A stretch of DNA of 64,000 bases, the filler included, from Piptocephalis cylindrospora (taxonomy: Eukaryota), in NCBI GenBank assembly GCA_003614145.1. It is 8 parts of 8 records of this genome, joined end to end, with 100 filler letters (N's around TTAATTAATTAA, not from the genome) between each part and the next. Parts side by side here need not be neighbours in the genome. Positions count along the whole stretch, not along the records: positions 49,837 to 57,992 come from KZ988167.1; positions 58,093 to 64,000 come from KZ988346.1; 6 more parts are not named here. One strand, written 5' to 3'. Under the pieces are notes generated by a model, which worked only from the letters and a program-made list of their open reading frames with translations, did not search any database and had not been told where the DNA came from. Numbering within the stretch: the first letter of the stretch is position 1; each line of letters starts with the position of its first letter. Of the stretch, positions 50,457-64,000 are shown one piece after another. The position numbers and the translations under genes were made by a program.

Positions 50457-51326
50457 AATGGCATTTACTTCTCCTGGCCTTTTACTTCCTATTCACCATT
50501 TTATGGCGAGAAAAAGTCCCTTTGAGACTTCCATGAGCACCCATCCAAGCAGGTGGCACTTTCATTTATTTTCCATGAAACGGCTATTGGGTCACATTCA
50601 TGCGTGCCCATCAATGGCTCATCTGGCTTCGTTGCTGGTTGAAGAAATTGCCTTGATCGTAACTTATTTAATCTTTGTCACAACCAATCATTTTAAACGC
50701 TGATTCAATCACCAGTACACTACTCTACCATCCATTGAAAATGAACTGATCTTAGAGGGAAGGAAATACTCTCATTGAAGATGAAATGCATCTTGACCTG
50801 CATAAAAGCAGACAAGCGCTCCAAATAAGTATACTTCTAACAATGGCCCTTTCAATCACTATATCACCTCATCTAAAGTCTATAAGAGAATAGAATAGAC
50901 TGATTGGCATTACCATAGCCTCTTTTCTTCAGTGGGTATATTGTATCCTTGAATAGGGAGACTCTCATGCCAATGATAAAGGAATAAGAGAGCAATAGCA
51001 ATGATACAAAAGAGTCAGAGTAGAGACAGGGACAGGGACAGAGACAAATGCAATGCTCTAAAGATACGAATGGTAGGAGAAATGACCTAAATGTATCGAA
51101 GACAGAGGGGGCACAAAGGAACACATAAATCATTTGTGATCCTCAATCAGGATGAAAATTTATTTCACCCAAAGATCACAAGAGGAAGAAAGGACAGTTC
51201 CAATAATCCACCAACGATCAAAAAGAGGGTACACTTGGTCGGAACAGAATGGCCTCATCACGGCAAATGCCATCTCAAGATGCGATGGGGCGTGCGAGGG
51301 GTAGAAGAGAGTATCCGCCATCATCC

Positions 51327-52040
51327 TTATATGGTTTTCCATTCAAGATAGCGCATACTGTTGTCACATTTCACCAATTTGAACTTGTTATCCAGGCAAG
51401 TCCAGTACTCACGCAGTAAATCGACGAGAGGAGTAAGGTGGTGGGTTAGAGGACGGGCAGATGTGGCAATCCAGAGGCTAGACAAAAACTCATTTTTGTC
51501 AATTTGATCAGTGGTATTGAAGTTCACTTGGACCATATGATCTTGCGATGGGGCAGGAGGGCATGCACCATCAGTGGCTCTCTTTTGGTCGATTATCCGA
51601 TTACCTTCAACTGCTGATCCTAGGAGGCACCGGTTGTCTGAGGTGGCAATTTGAAAGGGATAAAATGTCGAATTACCTATGTAATTGAGGTTGGAATAGA
51701 CGATGTAAAAGCGAAGATTCAGCTTAAACGCATTATCTGCGTTGTACGCCGCGTTGGGCATGTTCTCAGTAGGTTTTAACTCCATAGCAGTTCCATCCTG
51801 CTCATTCCGTAGCCGCATTGGAGGCAGGGTAGTGTTTGGGCTTGCTAATACGAGAGGGTGGTACTCACCGAGGGCAATCTTGTTAAACGGTTGAGGGTCC
51901 GGGTTGATAGTCTCCGTGACGCTTCCATTTTCGTGCTGAAAGAAGGTGGCAGGCTCAACGAAAACAGAATTGACGAAAGTGAGATTGATGTTCTGAACCG
52001 CAACATCGTAATTTGCTGGAACGGAAGGAACGTTACCCAT
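51327..52040 (-). CDS. Intronless orphan protein (about 237 aa) with an MGxxxS N-terminus and ricin-B/beta-trefoil-like C-terminal motifs
   Basis: MGNVPS start; FQIATSDNRCL, WTCLD..KLVKCD..LEW; complex, beta-rich composition. Confidence 0.6.
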   Translation of the reverse strand: MGNVPSVPANYDVAVQNINLTFVNSVFVEPATFFQHENGSVTETINPDPQPFNKIALGEYHPLVLASPNTTLPPMRLRNEQDGTAMELKPTENMPNAAYNADNAFKLNLRFYIVYSNLNYIGNSTFYPFQIATSDNRCLLGSAVEGNRIIDQKRATDGACPPAPSQDHMVQVNFNTTDQIDKNEFLSSLWIATSARPLTHHLTPLVDLLREYWTCLDNKFKLVKCDNSMRYLEWKTI

Positions 52041-53267
52041 GATTGATTGATTGATTGATTGAGTGAGGGAAAGGGAAGAGAGAAGGATTGTATGGGGAGA
52101 GGAGGGACACGATTTATCACAAGGTCTGGATAAACTTGGTTGATGGGAAGAGTGTAGGAGGGAGAGTGGGAAGGCTTGCACGTATTAGCAACGATCGCGA
52201 AAGTGTAGGCAGAGGGAAGGACAAAGGAGGAATGGACCAGACAATAAACCAGTATCGAATGATCAAGGAAGGAAGACTGGGAGGGAGGGGGAGGGCAAAA
52301 GATGAGAGAATCTGATGATAAACCGGTATCAATCAGATAAAGAGAGAAAAGGTGGAAAAGGAATTCTGGCGCAGTGAAAAGAGGCGGAGGGAAGGAGGAG
52401 GGAGGGGGGAGGGTAGAATGGAACGAAATGGCCTCCCATCACGCACCTTTGTATAGTTCTCTGGAACAGAAGGGTTTACAGGGTGAATAGTTCATCAATG
52501 AATGGGACCCGTCTATTAGCGGTATCGATTGAGCGGAGTTTAGTATATGATAGGTATAATAGCGGAATGATGTTTAGTGGTGGCTGAGTGAGAAGCTTGT
52601 CCAATTGTGAGTAGTGTCTTTGGCTGTCGACCTGAAACCTTCCCATAGTATGAGTGGTTGAGAATGAAGCCCTCATCCTACATTGTCTCTTGTAGGGCAG
52701 GCAAAGAATTTCCGAGCCCCTCACCTACTTTTAGCTCAATATAGTGCACTATTACTATCAGTACAGCCGATACATACAAATCGGATAAAGGGAAAGGTCT
52801 CGGTCGATCCACTCACATTCGGAAATGTGATGTATTAATATGATCAAAAACGAGAGGGACATGAACGGGTATAGATGAATTTTGGCCCTTGCATAGTTTG
52901 CAGAGGCTTCCTTGGCAGGCTTTGGTTCGAGCAGGCATGATGGTGTATAAGAGGAAGTCCTTTTTTTTTCTTGCAAAATTGGCATCTATTTTAAATTAGA
53001 GCCCATACAGCGTGGGTAGAACCCACATAGAGATTGTTGAGAAGGGAGAAATGGAAAACAGGGGGAATATTTTGCCTATGAGGAGCTACCGCCATCATCA
53101 TCACCTTCGTCACCGCCATCACCACCATCACCTTTTAAAACTGCTGCCGCCGTGTGGGCTTCTTGTAAGATGGGTGCCAATAGAGCGTCACAGTTCTCAC
53201 TTGTCGGCCTCACTATGGGGATTTCTCTCCTGTCTACACTAGTAGTTTGTGACCCGATAAAAAATGT

Positions 53268-53341
53268 GTTCTGGTGGTGTAGTTGGTTATCACGTCTGTC
53301 TAACACACAGACGGTCCTCGGTTCGAATCCGAGCCAGAACA
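53268..53341 (+). tRNA. tRNA-Val, anticodon AAC
   Basis: GTTCTGG/CCAGAAC acceptor stem, TCTGT-CTAACAC-ACAGA anticodon arm, GGTTCGAATCC T-loop, downstream T6 terminator. Confidence 0.96.
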
Positions 53342-54296
53342 CTTTTTTGGCTCGTGTAAGTCTACCCGCTGTTATATTAAGAAATGTAGATGCTGCTATG
53401 CACTGGACATGCTCTAAAAGCAAAATTTTCGCTTTATGGCCTTCCAGGGTCATCAGGTGTTAAATCTTATCCCCTAGTCACTGGACATACGCTATAGCGT
53501 ATTCATTATAGTATTCTACAGCCCATATCAAGTTCATCCGAGAAGGCATTTAAGTTAAAATTAAAGCATAAATTACGAACATTGATGATGGTCAAGAAAT
53601 GGAATGAGAAATAAAAGAAACTAGAAAGGATAGAGGGGGGGTCAAAAGATTATTAAAAAATTTGAGGTCGATTGCGAACGCTCTTAGGAAGAGGGAGGCA
53701 TTATGAATGTTGGGGTTGTCTTGATGGAGAAAGATGGCAGCAGTATTAGCGACTACAGCACGGTACAAGGGGGATGGAGAAAAGGGTTGGGACAAGAGAA
53801 AGGCCCAAGAGAGGGAAGAAAAAGGAAGACCTTTGTTCCGCCTGCCTCTTTAATGCTCACCTCACTCATCCTACCTTCCATGTGCTTCTGCTTCTCTGGC
53901 TCCGACACGGACCTTGTTGTGCCCTTTCTGGGATGATGTGGGAAGTCCATCCCCATGATGAATATTCTCAAAATACTTTTACTCTTTACAATGATGGTCT
54001 TACAACGAAGCTTTCCTTTTGATTAAGAAACCCTATTTACTTTTTGGGCGGGTACCTTTCTCACGGGAGATGAGTTCTGTTGACATGAACTGTAGTTCTG
54101 TGTTCTTTAAAAATGTACCGGGGCATGTGTTTTAAGCGATTAAACTTTCTCCGCGGTATTTCAAATGATTCAATTTCCTTGAATAATCATTTATTCAAAG
54201 GCTCTATTGTCATAAATGATTGCTGAAATCGGGATACAAGCAGAGGGCGGTTGCCCAGGGGCGACGCGCTAATTTTTCTTTTGCAAAAAGAATATC

Positions 54297-54368
54297 AGGA
54301 GCGTCACGGAGTTGAACCATGGACCTATCGATCTGCAGTCGATTGCTCTACCACTGAGCTAACGCTCC
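54297..54368 (-). tRNA. tRNA-Cys, anticodon GCA
   Basis: GGAGCGT/ACGCTCC acceptor stem, AGCTCAGTGGTAGAGC D-arm, ATCGA-CTGCAGA-TCGAT anticodon arm, GGTTCAACTCC, downstream T5. Confidence 0.96.
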
Positions 54369-54585
54369 GATAGTCAAAGCAATTTTTCAATGACGCTTTG
54401 TCACAAAACTATTTTTTGAAATTGCTGTCGGTTTTGTTTTTTTCGTTGGCTGACCGCAAGCCTATTCCCCAAGATCCTTTGGGAGTTTATGGAGGCTAGA
54501 AAATAAATGGGTTTTCAAAGCAAAAGATCCTCTGGGAGTTGCTTCTTTCTTGCTTCTTGTACTCAGCGATAGCACATACCTTTAA

Positions 54586-55791
<1,206 letters not shown>

Positions 55792-55931
55792 TTTCCATTT
55801 TGACGTCCCTTTGTACCATGCTTAAATCAACATGATAGATATACCTATTTACATAGCCAATGTGAAGAATGATGGTGATTACAATACATATCTAGGATCA
55901 TTGGTAAACCCCATTCAGCCGTGCCTCATAT

Positions 55932-57146
<1,215 letters not shown>

Positions 57147-58290
57147 TGGGGGAAGTGGGGTAAAGGATAAGAGAAAGATGGCGGGAGGCTGGAGCGTCTG
57201 GGAAGTGTTATGCTAGCCATCATAAGACTGGTAAGTGGCGATGAGTGTGAGTGGGCATCTGCATGTGGGATCCACAGATCATCATGTGCTACCAGCCTCT
57301 GATTTCCTGAGGATGGCCCATGCTCCCTGCTTCAGGACAAAGGACCCTTCCAATCCTGCATTTGTCAAGTCAGATTCCCATGAAACACATCCTCCCAAAC
57401 AAGGTTACATATGTGAAGATCTTGCTTTGGCCCGAATATAGAATTCTTTACATCTCCACATCATCCACCGGCGTAGGGTGGCTCTTACCGGATGCCTCCT
57501 TCCGATATGTCCTTGACTAAATAAATCTTGGAATGGGCTTTGTCTCTGCAAGAGAGCAGGAATGCAGGCCATTCCTCTTGGCCAGGCCCCTTCCTTCCCC
57601 CCGTTTGCATCCAGCCCCTGTTCTCGACGCACAGGACACCTTTCCATTCTACCTCTCCGCCAGCAATGATCCACTGACCGATGATGCGTTCTGGAATCAG
57701 AAAGGATGTATTCCGTTCAAACCAGTAGTGATAGTCCGGATCCAACGCTCAGATATCCGAGAAAAAAAATCCCTCCTGTCTATTTCCAGGGACTCTTACT
57801 GCATGGGATGGCGTGGAGGTATGAAGAAGAGAGGATGCACGTTGCATTCTTGGATGAACAAAGCGCATCGTCCAGGGCCGAACACCGTCCTTGGAGGGGA
57901 GGGGGGGGGGGGGGAGTCAGGGAGGGGAAAATGGGTATATAAAAACCGAGAATCCTCATCGCCCTCCACTACCCCCTCTTTTTCCCCACTCCNNNNNNNN
58001 NNNNNNNNNNNNNNNNNNNNNNNNNNNNNNNNNNNNTTAATTAATTAANNNNNNNNNNNNNNNNNNNNNNNNNNNNNNNNNNNNNNNNNNNNCCCGTGGG
58101 GTTCTCAAGCTTGGTGGCTCAACCCTTCCCTAAACACAATGTATGGGAACGCCGTCTTTACGCCATGACGAGAAGGGGATACGGGTAGCAGGACACATCT
58201 ATACGGAAAATAATATGACTATCATGGCTCATATCCTTCTGGCCTGGCCAGCCCTCTTTATTCTTCCTTTCGCCCACACAAATCAATATC

Positions 58291-59600
58291 ATGTTCGTAA
58301 GACGCCTTAGTAGCCTACATTTACATCAATCGCCCCTCTCTCGTCGATCTATCGCATCCGTGGCGTGGAACGATCAAGGAATCACTTTGGAGAGGAAGGA
58401 TACACGCACCACTCGACTGCTTCCCCATACATGGCTTCGGGATCATTGCCTATGCCCACGGTGCATCCATCCAGGTACTCGGCAAAAACTGCATGGGTCG
58501 GGAGATATTCCGGGAGAAATTCAGCCATCTTCAGTCAATCTAACTGACCAGGGTCTGAAGGTGCGGTGGGCCAAGAATTCCACGACCGAGAAGGAGCATG
58601 TAAGCACATATCCTCGAGAATGGCTGAAAGATCAGTTGGATCCGTCCGAAGCACCAAAGAAGGCATTCCGCCCCACCCCGTGGAAGGCGACGGATCTCGA
58701 CCCTTCTAGCCTTCAGATTCCCTATAAGGATTTTATGCACTCGGATAGCGCTTTACGTATCGCTCTCAGCCTCCTTACCGAGCGAGGAGTGTGCTTTTTG
58801 GATGGGATCCCTGGGGAAGAAAGGGCCATTGAAGGTATTGCCGAACGTATTGGTCCAATCCGCGACACCTTTTACGGAAAAACCTGGGATGTCCGAGCCG
58901 ATCCCAAAGCCGCCAACATTGCCTATACATCTCTGGACCTTGGACTTCATATGGATTTAATGTGAGTGACTTCACACCTTTAAAGTCGCTAAATATTTCT
59001 CATTCCCCTTAATGATCTAGGTATTTTGAGGCACCACCCGGGGTCCAGATCCTTCATTGTCTGGAACAGGATGTTTACGGCGGCGAATCCCTCTTTGCTG
59101 ATTCCCATTATGCCGTAGGTCTCCTGAAGAAGGACGATCCAGAGGCGTACCAGGCCCTAGTGGAGATGCCAGTGCCATTCGGGTACAGGAATGACGGACA
59201 TGATCTGTCTTTTACCCGACCCACCTTGGTGGAGGATGGACCCGCGGGCCTAGAGGTATTTTACTCCCCTCCCTTCCAGCATGTCCTCCCCCTTCCCTCC
59301 TCTCCCGTTGCCTCACGCCAACTGGATGCTTTTTATCGAGGCATGCGTCGGTTCAAGGGGTATATTGAGGATCCCAATGCTCATATACGCATCCCCCTTG
59401 TTCCAGGGCAATGTGCTCTATTTGACAATCGACGTGCCCTCCATGGCCGCACTGCCTTTTCATCCCAAGCCCCAGGAAAGCCCGATCGAACGGGTCATCG
59501 ATGGCTTAAAGGCACCTATGTCGATCGGGATGCTCTATGGGATCGTCTTGCTGTATTACTCGCTGATCATGCAGCGAATGATAGGGGAAAGGGGCTTTGA
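58291..59600 (+). CDS. Gamma-butyrobetaine dioxygenase-like TauD/TfdA Fe(II)/2OG dioxygenase (Aim17-like); intron 58962-59020
   Basis: WLRDHCLCPRC zinc domain, RIGPIRDTFYG, NIAYTSLDLGLHMDL, FDNRRALHGRTAF, RWLKGTY. Confidence 0.9.
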
Positions 59601-59702
59601 GGATGGAAGGAAGTGGAGGGGGGAGTCGATGATAGATCCTTCTTTTCTCACCCTCATCAGCCAACAAAGAAAGAAAAGAAAAGCAAGATGTATAACTAGT
59701 CA

Positions 59703-60567
59703 TCAAGAGGAAGGATTGGCAGATTGAAGGAAGCTGGTAAACTTTTGAGCATCCTTCTGACTCTTTTGCATATCCTTCAATGCCTCGGGGTCCATGTTTT
59801 CCATCAATTTGGGCACGGCAAAGACCATGAGTCCGGTGAATCCCATCATTAGGACATATGGACTCATCAGGAGGCCCATGATGTTAAATCCCTCCCTTGG
59901 CTAGAGTCAAGTTAGTGAGTTTGCATGTCGAGCAGAGGAAGGATGATAAAGAAATAGTCTTACCGTAAAGTGGGACTTCTTACCCCGGGGAAAGAGTCGT
60001 AAGGGAAGGTCAACCGAGGGATTGGATGTGTCCCAGCTTGTTCCGGGTAGGAATGAGTAGGCCTGGATCTTTCCTTGCTTGCTCACATCGACCTTGAGCT
60101 ATAGAGAGAAATAGGGATGAGATGGGATGACAAGCAGGGGACATCTCCTCATAGGAGGGAGAGGGAGACTTACCGCAGGGTAATCATACAGGCGAGACTG
60201 GACATTGAGCACGTACGAGCCCTCCGGAACATCAAGACTAGAGTGAAGGAGAGATGGGTGAGTGAGTAAGGAGGAGAGACGTGTTTCTCAGGGTCATTCG
60301 ATAACACAACCTACATGTCAAAGGATCCGTCCTCCAGGACTAGGGATGAGTACAGTCCATGGTCCAGGATGACCTTGGCAAACGGATCCGGGACAAATTC
60401 TAAGAAGGATATCCTTAGTCAGTGATCATTCAGGGGGTGAGGTAGCCACTCTAGAACCTACCCTGAGCCTTATCTGGACGAGCTAGCTGACCAGGAATGG
60501 AAATGGTAGCCTCGGTGACAATGGCTAGAAAGGCCAAGACTAGGGTAATGAGAGGGATACGGAGCAT
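59703..60567 (-). CDS. EMC7: ER membrane protein complex subunit 7 (5 exons; absent from the ORF track)
   Basis: Manual splice: signal peptide MLRIPLITLVLAFLAIV, DGSFDI/LDVPEGSYVLNV, LKVDVS, REGFNIMGLLMSPYVLMMG...VPKLMENMDPE. Confidence 0.85.
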
Positions 60568-61112
60568 GGCTTGGAATGCAATGTGAATAGGATGATGAGG
60601 GAAAAGGAAGGAGGGAGGAAGGCAAAGCTATCTAAATCCACCTGGATCATACTGTATGTTTAGCATCTTCAAAGTCTCTCTTGTTGAGGAAATTTAGGCT
60701 TGACAAGGTTGCGGGCACAGGGGAGACGAACTTAAATGTGCTCTACTCTGGAACTCTAGTAGTGAGGGGGCGTCGGAGGAGAGCGCTTCTCACACTGCAA
60801 TACCGAACGAGTGGTCTTTCGTAGCTGGAGATCTCCTAATAATGAAGTGAGAGGTACTACTATGGCTCACACACACCCCATACACCCCTGAGTAGAGTGG
60901 CAGGGAGGACATGCCCAAACACATGCTCAGGGAATGAGGTGCATGTAGTGTGGTCTAATGATGCCTTCCACATCAAGAGCCAGCGGAATGAACGCGCTCC
61001 TATATAAAATAACACACTTTAATGATGATCAGGAGAGGACTCCACGATCCCCCCCCTTTCCTCTCAAACACCTTTCCTTCCCACCCTCCCCTCCATCTCC
61101 ACTCTCTCTTCA

Positions 61113-62581
61113 ATGACCGTTCCGAAATCTATTGCCACTATAGGAGTGGCCATTATGGCCACCTGGTACTCTGGACGGGATCCTATCGTGGCATCGTGTG
61201 CCTTGAGCATCGCAGCTGGTCTTTCCACCTACTTTCTTGTCCCGACCCTGGCTCCTCTCTTCACCCAAGCGGGACTTCGAGGTAAGGATGTGCACAGGGC
61301 CAGCCAACCCATCGTACCCGAGAGTCTGGGGCTAGTGGCAGCCACGGTGTACATTGTCTCCCTCTTTCTTTTTATCCCGTTTGTCTTTTACGACTGGATT
61401 GCCCCATCCCTGGACCCATTTGTCTCCGCCAGGAATGCTCACTCCTTCCCTCATGTTAAGGTAGGTGAGATGGACATGGGTCCATTCGTTATTCTATCTA
61501 CTCATTACACTGATCCAACCTAGCTCGGGGAATTCCTCTCTGCTTTACTCTCTCTTCAAAGCATGACTCTACTGGGGTTTGCAGATGATTTGTTTGACAT
61601 TCGCTGGAGATCCAAGCTACCTCTCCCGCTCATTGCTTCCATCCCCCTCCTCATGGTGTATTATGTGTCTGGAGGGATCACCTGGATCGCTGTACCCTAT
61701 CCCTTTCGGTCTCTCCTGGGTTCCAGTATTGATCTAGGCCCACTGTACTATCTGTACATGAGTCTAGTTTCGGTTTTTTGCACTAATTCCATCAACATCC
61801 TTGCCGGAGTCAATGGGGTCGAGGCTGCCCAGTCCCTGATTATTGCGCTTTCCCTCCTCATAAATGATCTACTCTACATTGGTGGACCAGATTACCCTGC
61901 CTCGCAAGTCCATCTTCTCTCTTTCTATCTTCTTCTTCCATTTGTCGGGGTCACCCTAGGACTACTATGGCATAATTGGTGTGTAATCCTCTCTTTTCCT
62001 TGGGCATCCGATCACGACTCACCGCTCCCTTCCCCCACCCCCCCCCCCCCCCCCCCCCTACCCCGCCCCGCGCGAGATCCACCGGGTCAGGCTCAGTGAG
62101 TTTACTTGTCGGGGATACCTATTGTTACTTTGCAGGCATGACTTTTGCCGTGGCCGGGATCCTGGGTCATTTTTCCAAGACCCTTCTCCTCTTGTTCATC
62201 CCGCAAATCTTCAATTTTGTCCTCTCCTTTCCCCAAATCGCTCATGTTGTCCCGTGCCCACGACATCGCATGCCCAGGCTCAATGGAAAAACCCAGTTGC
62301 TTGAGGCATCCACTGCATCCCTCGAGGATCTCTCCTCCCTAGGGAAAGTCATCCTTCTTTTCCTAGAGCGACTAGGATTAGTGCGACTCGAGAAAGCCTC
62401 CTCGGGCTCCCTCACCACCACCACCAACCTCACTCTTCTCAACCTCCTCCTCGTACGACTCGGACCCATGCGAGAAGATCGTTTGGTTCAGTGGATCATG
62501 GCCATCCAGGGTCTTGGGAGTGTCCTAGCCTTTATTATCCGATATCGTCTGGTCTCTCTCTTTTATGATGTCATTTCCTGA
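61113..62581 (+). CDS. ALG7: UDP-GlcNAc:dolichyl-phosphate GlcNAc-1-phosphate transferase
   Basis: LLGFADDLFDIRWR, FCTNSINILAGVNGVE, VGDTYCYFAG, GHFSKTLLL, PCPRHRMP. TATATAAA at ~61001. Confidence 0.93.
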
Positions 62582-62873
62582 TCAATTATCATTCTGGTCT
62601 CTTTGCTTTGCCACTCTCCCTCTTTTATAAATATATATATCCCACCTGGTCGATGATTATGGTATAGATGGTATTCTCCCAGATGTGCATGCCCTCCTCT
62701 GTTATGTCCCAGACCTCCTTACCGCAACACTCGGTCACATAGAACGGAAGGCGTCATGACGTGGGAACAAGGATAACGAGAATCGATTTCTTTTCTCTCC
62801 TTTTCCTCATCCCACTTCCAAATACACATGCACACAAAAGACATCATTCCCTGGGCATGGGGGAGGTGGGGAA

Positions 62874-63764
62874 TCACATCTCATCATCAGTCCCGAGGCC
62901 AGAGTCGGCGGAGCCGCGACGCTGAGGAGACCAGCCGTAGGAGAAGACATCGGCATCGTGGACGAGCTCCCCAAGACCCTGAACATCAATACGGTCATCG
63001 GGCTCGATGCACAAACCGGCCTTAACGGCCTCGTGCACAGGATCTGAGAGTCCAAGAATCTCCTGGATCCCGGTGTCGGGACGACGGACGTAATAGGCAA
63101 AGCCCTGATCGGAGAGATCCGCGCTCAACCATGGAGGAGATCGAGCAGCGAGACAACAAAGAATGATCCCAAGAGCCCAAACATCAGCGGACCTGGGGTC
63201 ATACCCTTCCAGGTTGGCTAGGACTTCGGGGGCCATGTAGGCCGGGGATCCGCACCCAGAGGCCGAGGAGGTCGAGTCCATGAGGGCAAGACCAAAATCG
63301 GCGATCTGGGGCTGGATGAGACCCTTTTCATCCCGGGTCAGGAGGATGTTCTCGGGCTTAAGATCCCGGTGGATGAGGCCGACACTGTGACAGTACGCGA
63401 TGGTCTCGCACACTCCCACAAAGACGGATCGACACTCCTCAGGATCGATGAGGCGACGCTCCGACAGAGCGGAGAAGAGGTCGCCCTCAAGGCATAGCTG
63501 CATGATGAGGGCCCAGCCCCCGAGATCCGGGACAAAGGCCGCAGCAAAGAGGGGCAGAGTACCGGGATGCTCACTGGCCCGACGATGAGCCAGGGCCTCG
63601 GCCTCTCCAGCCTCCTCGCCCGGGACGATCTTGACAGCAACATCATCCTCGCTAATGGAGCTGGTGGCGCGGTAGACGGCACCATAAGTCCCCGATCCAA
63701 TTTGGCTCTTGAGATCAAGGGTAGCATATCCTGGGATATAAATGCTCTTTCCAATAAGAGACAT
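62874..63764 (-). CDS. Ser/Thr kinase, Ran1/Pat1/Sks1-like
   Basis: IGSGTYGAVY, GDLFSAL, YCHSVGLIHRDLKPENIL, DFGLA, GCGSPAYMAPE, DVWALGII. Start MSLIGK at 63764. Confidence 0.85.
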   Translation of the reverse strand: MSLIGKSIYIPGYATLDLKSQIGSGTYGAVYRATSSISEDDVAVKIVPGEEAGEAEALAHRRASEHPGTLPLFAAAFVPDLGGWALIMQLCLEGDLFSALSERRLIDPEECRSVFVGVCETIAYCHSVGLIHRDLKPENILLTRDEKGLIQPQIADFGLALMDSTSSASGCGSPAYMAPEVLANLEGYDPRSADVWALGIILCCLAARSPPWLSADLSDQGFAYYVRRPDTGIQEILGLSDPVHEAVKAGLCIEPDDRIDVQGLGELVHDADVFSYGWSPQRRGSADSGLGTDDEM

Positions 63765-64000
63765 GTTAGAGTAGAAGGAGGACGGGGGATAAGGGTGTTG
63801 GGGATGGTGGTGCAGGTAGGGCGCAAGGAGCAACTCTTAGAGAATGAAATGGAGCTCAATGGAAAGGAAACGGGAAAGGAACGAGTCACAGACAAGTCAA
63901 ATGCAGGAACCTAGCAGGATAGGATGAAGAAAGGAGGAAAGTAGACTGGGCCAGCCAAGTCAAGGGAGAGATGGGGGTGCAGCGTGAGCCGAGGGGAGAG

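Noticed and set aside
53076..53463. ORFs of 125 aa (-) and 103 aa (+)
   Set aside because: Both overlap tRNA-Val and largely translate the tRNA sequence.
54471..54540. 17-nt direct repeat AAGATCCTYTGGGAGTT x2 before TGS1, and a 16-bp palindrome at 53487-53502
   Set aside because: Real but too short and isolated to assign a function.
57220..57850. Possible small minus-strand gene (DPDYHYWFERN...)
   Set aside because: I could not build a consistent spliced model or recognise a family.

Overview
Eukaryotic (fungal) draft-genome DNA. It is not one locus: eight unrelated contigs are joined by an artificial 100-nt spacer (44 N + TTAATTAATTAA + 44 N). The six complete contigs fall in length (8231, 8207, 8197, 8181, 8168, 8156 bp), so the assembly is length-sorted and adjacency across spacers means nothing. 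Short GT-AG introns (mostly 60-145 nt), compact spacing and the gene families suggest an early-diverging fungus. A Zoopagomycota mycoparasite such as Piptocephalis from a fragmented single-cell assembly is my guess, not verified. Recognisable genes: Vms1/ANKZF1, a PlsB/GNPAT-type acyltransferase ending in PTS1 -AKL, an SR splicing factor, an SDR epimerase-like protein, Bud22, D-2-hydroxyglutarate/D-lactate dehydrogenase, two tandem MFSD1-like transporters, Chk2/Cds1, a very long Ase1/PRC1, a DUF3020 protein, a small PARP-fold protein, sphingolipid delta-8 desaturase, Snu114, a PPR protein, Tgs1, a G-patch/ZnF protein, a BBOX/TauD dioxygenase, EMC7, Alg7, a Ran1/Pat1-like kinase, tRNA-Val(AAC) and tRNA-Cys(GCA). 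The strongest signal is a dense array of ATCWGATAA boxes (the SreA/Sre1-type iron-repressor consensus) upstream of both MFS paralogs, suggesting an undescribed iron-regulated transport module. Other leads: a triplicated rod in Ase1, a contig with a 55-bp terminal direct repeat, a minimal PARP-like gene, and a structured 45-nt tandem repeat in intron 1 of the G-patch gene. Exon boundaries were read by eye and are approximate unless stated.
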